From the NCBI GenBank assembly GCA_963700285.1, contig CAVOXA010000010.1:1088001-1152000 (forward strand): a stretch of 64,000 nt of DNA, given 5' to 3'. This DNA comes from an uncultured Chloroflexia bacterium. GTDB lineage: Bacteria; Chloroflexota; Anaerolineae; JAAYZQ01. Made by a program: the position numbers and the translations under genes. Shown in pieces: positions 60,983 to 64,000 of the stretch. The first letter of the stretch is position 1, and each line of letters starts with the position of its first letter. The notes below the pieces were generated by a model that was not told the origin of the DNA, made no database searches, and worked only from the letters and a program-made list of their open reading frames with translations.

Positions 60983-62384
60983 ATGTACCAGAAAGTTAAG
61001 ACCGATATCCTCCGCCAACTGGAGTGTATCGTCGGCCCGGAGAACGTGTTGCTGGACGCCGAACGCCTGGAGCCCTATACCCACGACGAGACGGTCGGCC
61101 TTCAAGCTGAGCCTGAGGTGGTCGTGCGTGTCACATCGGCCCAACAGGTAGTCCGAGGTGTTCAAACTGGCCAACTCTGAGCGGGTACCGGTTACACCCC
61201 GCGGGGCGGGCTACGGCCTGAGCGGCGGTGCGGTGGCTGTGGAGGGCGGCATTGTCCTCTCCCTGGAAAAGATGAACCGTATCCTGGAAATCGACCACGC
61301 CAACCTGATGGTCACCGTCGAGCCGGGCGTCATTACCGGCGAATTGCACCGCGCGGTTGAGGCCGAGGGACTCTTTTACCCGCCTGACCCGGCCAGTCTC
61401 GACTCCTGTACCATCGGCGGCAATATCGCCGAAGGCGCCGGCGGCCCGCGGGCGGTCAAGTATGGTACTACCAAGGACTATGTCTGTGGCTTGGAGGTGG
61501 TCCTGCCCTCTGGCGAGATCGTGCAGATGGGCGGCAAGCTGGTCAAGAACGTGACCGGCTACAGCCTGATGCAACTGCTGGTTGGGTCGGAGGGGACACT
61601 GGCGGTAGTGACCAAGATCATCCTGCGGCTGCTACCCCTGCCGGCCCATCAGGTCGACCTGTTGGTGCCCTTTGATGATTTCCAGACAGCGGCCGACGCG
61701 GTCTCGGCCATGATCTCCCGGCGCATTGTGCCTACGGCCATCGAGTTCATGGAGCGCGACATCGTCCATGCCTGTCAGCGCTTCCTGGACAAGGAACTGC
61801 CCTTCGCCGATGCCGCAGGCCCAGCTCCTGATCAAGCTGGATGGCAACAACAAGCCTGCCCTGGACGAGGACATGGAGACGGTGGCCGACCTGTGCCTGG
61901 ACGCGGGGGCCGAGGACGTACTGGTCGCCGCCGACCGGCCCACCCGCGACCGGCTGTGGGAGGCGCGGCGGGCCATCATCGATGCCCTCAACTACGAGAG
62001 CCCGGTAAACCACATGGAGGATGTGGTTGTGCCCCGGGCCCAGATCCCGGCCCTGCTGCGCGGCATCCACGATCTGGCTGAGCGTCTGGACGTGCGCATC
62101 CTCAGCTTTGGCCATGCCGGCGACGGCAACGTGCACATTACGGCTTTGAAAGATGACCTGGACGACGATGCCTGGGAGGCGATAGTGCATCGAGGTCACG
62201 GAATCGATCTACCACCTGGCGCTCTCGCTGGGCGGCACCCTCACCGGCGAGCATGGCATCGGCGTATATCCGGCGCCAGTATCTGCCCCTGGCCCTGGAA
62301 GAGGCCCAGATCGAGATCATGCGCGGCATCCGGGCGGTGTTTGATCCGAACGGGATCTTGAATCCGGGCAAGATCTTTCCCTGA
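60983..62384 (+). CDS. FAD-linked oxidase, GlcD/D-lactate dehydrogenase family (several frameshifts)
   Basis: TPRGAGYGLSGGA, YPPDPAS..CTIGGN, GSEGTL, EDVVVP, GHAGDGNVH, GEHGIG, DPNGILNPGKIF. Confidence 0.9.
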
Positions 62385-62437
62385 GGCTGCAACACGGAAG
62401 TTGTATGATACCGTGGTTACCTCGGAAGATAAAAACG

Positions 62438-62488
62438 GATGGGCAGGACTGTCGGATCAGGACGACAGATCCGCAAACCCTGCCCATC
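62438..62488. terminator. Nested inverted repeat between convergent genes
   Basis: GATGGGCAGG...CCTGCCCATC enclosing CTGTCG...CGACAG. Confidence 0.45.
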
Positions 62489-62553
62489 TACTGTTCGCAC
62501 TCTTTCCTCCCAAAACAGGCTCTAGAGGACAGGTCGCAGTAGGCGAGGGAGAG

Positions 62554-64000
62554 CTACTGCTGGGCACACCGAAACCCGATACTGAGGTTGGTGAGCGTCG
62601 GGTCGAGGCCGTACCGGTAGGCGGAGCGCACGAACCTCGATTCGCCGTCCCACGAGCCGCCCCGCAGCACCCTGCCTCCTCACCTGGAGTCAGGCCCCTC
62701 GGGATTCCGCTCCGGGGAGCGGCTGTAATAGTCGCCGTCGTACCAGTCGGCCACCCACTCCCAGACGTTGCCGGCCATGTCCAGCGCCCCGTACGGGCTG
62801 GCCCCTTCCGGGTAGCTGCCCACCGGCGCCGTCCGGGAGTAGCCATCGTCCTCAGCCTCGTCTTTGTGATCGAATTCGCAGTTTGCATCGCAGTAGTTCA
62901 CCTTACTGCCGTCGAACCGATCTCCCCAGGGGTAGATCCGTCCGTCGGTGCTCCGTGCCGCCTTCTCCCACTCGGCCTCCGTCGGCAGCCGCGCCCCAGC
63001 CCACTTGCAATAGGCATCGGCGCCGTCCCAGTCCACGCACACTACCGGGTGGTCGGCCTTGGTCGCGTCATCGTAGGTCGGCTCTCCCCAAGCGCACGTC
63101 AGCGGTGCTTCGCAGGCCCCCGCCTCCACACAGCCCTGGTACAGGGCGTTGGTCACCTCGGTCCGGTCGATCCAGAGGGCATCGAGGTAGACGGTGTGAG
63201 GAGGTTTTTCGTCGCCATCGGCATCGGCGTCGGTGCTGCCCATCAGGAACTCGCCGGCAGGCACGTAGACCATCTCCATGCCATCTTTGGCCCGCGTCCG
63301 GGTCTCACCGGGGCTGGGCTCAGCCGGCGTAGGGATCGCTGTGGGCGGCAGAGGCGTGTCGGTTGGCACTGGCGTCGGCGTGAATGTTGGTGGCGGCAGA
63401 GTATCCGTTGGCGCAAGCGCTGGGGTGGGTGCGCCCGGAGCTTCCCTGGCCGGTGGCGTGCAGGTCGGTGGCAGGGTGGGCAGGGGAAGCCTCTGGGACA
63501 CGCGGTTGTCCATCTCGTCGCGCTCCTCGACGTCAAAGCCGGCGTCGACGACGATGGTGTTCTCTCCGGAAGCATCATAGCCCTCGAACCAGAGGGAGGC
63601 GCTCTCGCCGGCGGCCAGCCCGGCAGTCACCTGCTGCTGGGCGCCGTTGACGTCGACGACGAAGGGGCCGGCGCTGGCGTCGCCAACATTCTCGACCACG
63701 ACCCGCACGCCGAGCTGGGTCGAGGCATAGTCGCAGCCCGCGCCGGTCTCCAACTCGACCTTGCTGCGGGCGACCACCAGGTCGGGTCGGGGTGTGTCGG
63801 ATCTGGAGGCCAAATCCCCGTCGCCGCCACCGAGGAGGGCTGCTCCGGCGATGACAAGGATGACCAGCACTATGACCGCACCGCCTAACAGCGGCCAGAA
63901 CAGCGGCGGCAGGGCGCGCTTCTCCTGACGGGCGGCGGGCGGGGATGGGGGCGGCGGCCCGGCCAGCCTGGTCTTCCCCGCAGCCGCGGCCCTGGGCGCC
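62554..64000 (-). CDS. Membrane-anchored FGE/SUMF1-domain protein with CARDB-like domain and Pro/Thr linker (5' end outside window; frameshift near 62680)
   Basis: TM helix, PDLVV..VENVG..E.DEMDN, MVYVPAGEFLMGS, RLPTEAEWEKAAR, DMAGNVWEWV, RVLRGGSW...IGFRCAQ. Confidence 0.88.

Noticed and set aside
62401-63888. Long plus-strand ORF (495 aa) and similar antisense ORFs (e.g. 307..1125, 6652..7716, 22078..22968, 29420..30397)
   Set aside because: They are shadow frames of clearly recognisable opposite-strand genes in high-GC DNA and carry no family motifs.

Overview
High-GC bacterial chromosomal segment, most consistent with Chloroflexota/Anaerolineae (Pro/Thr-rich exported proteins, a C-terminal YLPxIxR tail, Asp-type MurA). 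This taxonomy is inferred, not searched. Several genes carry single-base frameshifts clustered at 1-8 kb, 12.7 kb, 20-22 kb and 61-63 kb, probably sequencing errors. The left end (1-11.8 kb, minus strand) is one apparent operon: SorC/DeoR regulator, CBS-less SIS isomerase, MtaA/URO-D-family methyltransferase, corrinoid protein, FGGY sugar kinase, sugar ABC transporter, a divergent GroEL paralogue lacking the Asp398 equivalent, and a B12-binding radical SAM enzyme. This is the best candidate for an undescribed system: corrinoid-dependent (de)methylation of a sugar with a dedicated chaperonin. The rest holds ssnA, an OmpR/BaeSR-like two-component locus, a secreted caspase/gingipain-fold protein, fur-feoABC with a palindromic operator, rbsK, a TetR-flavodoxin operon, DNA-repair genes (Fpg-like, Ada-like, XPB-associated, dnaE paralogue, dinG, priA), rimO, a transposase remnant, a DHH-CBS tRNA nucleotidyltransferase, tRNA-Glu and tRNA-Lys, a spacer-less 28-bp hairpin tandem array with GGA loops, murA, a glcD-like oxidase and an FGE-domain protein.
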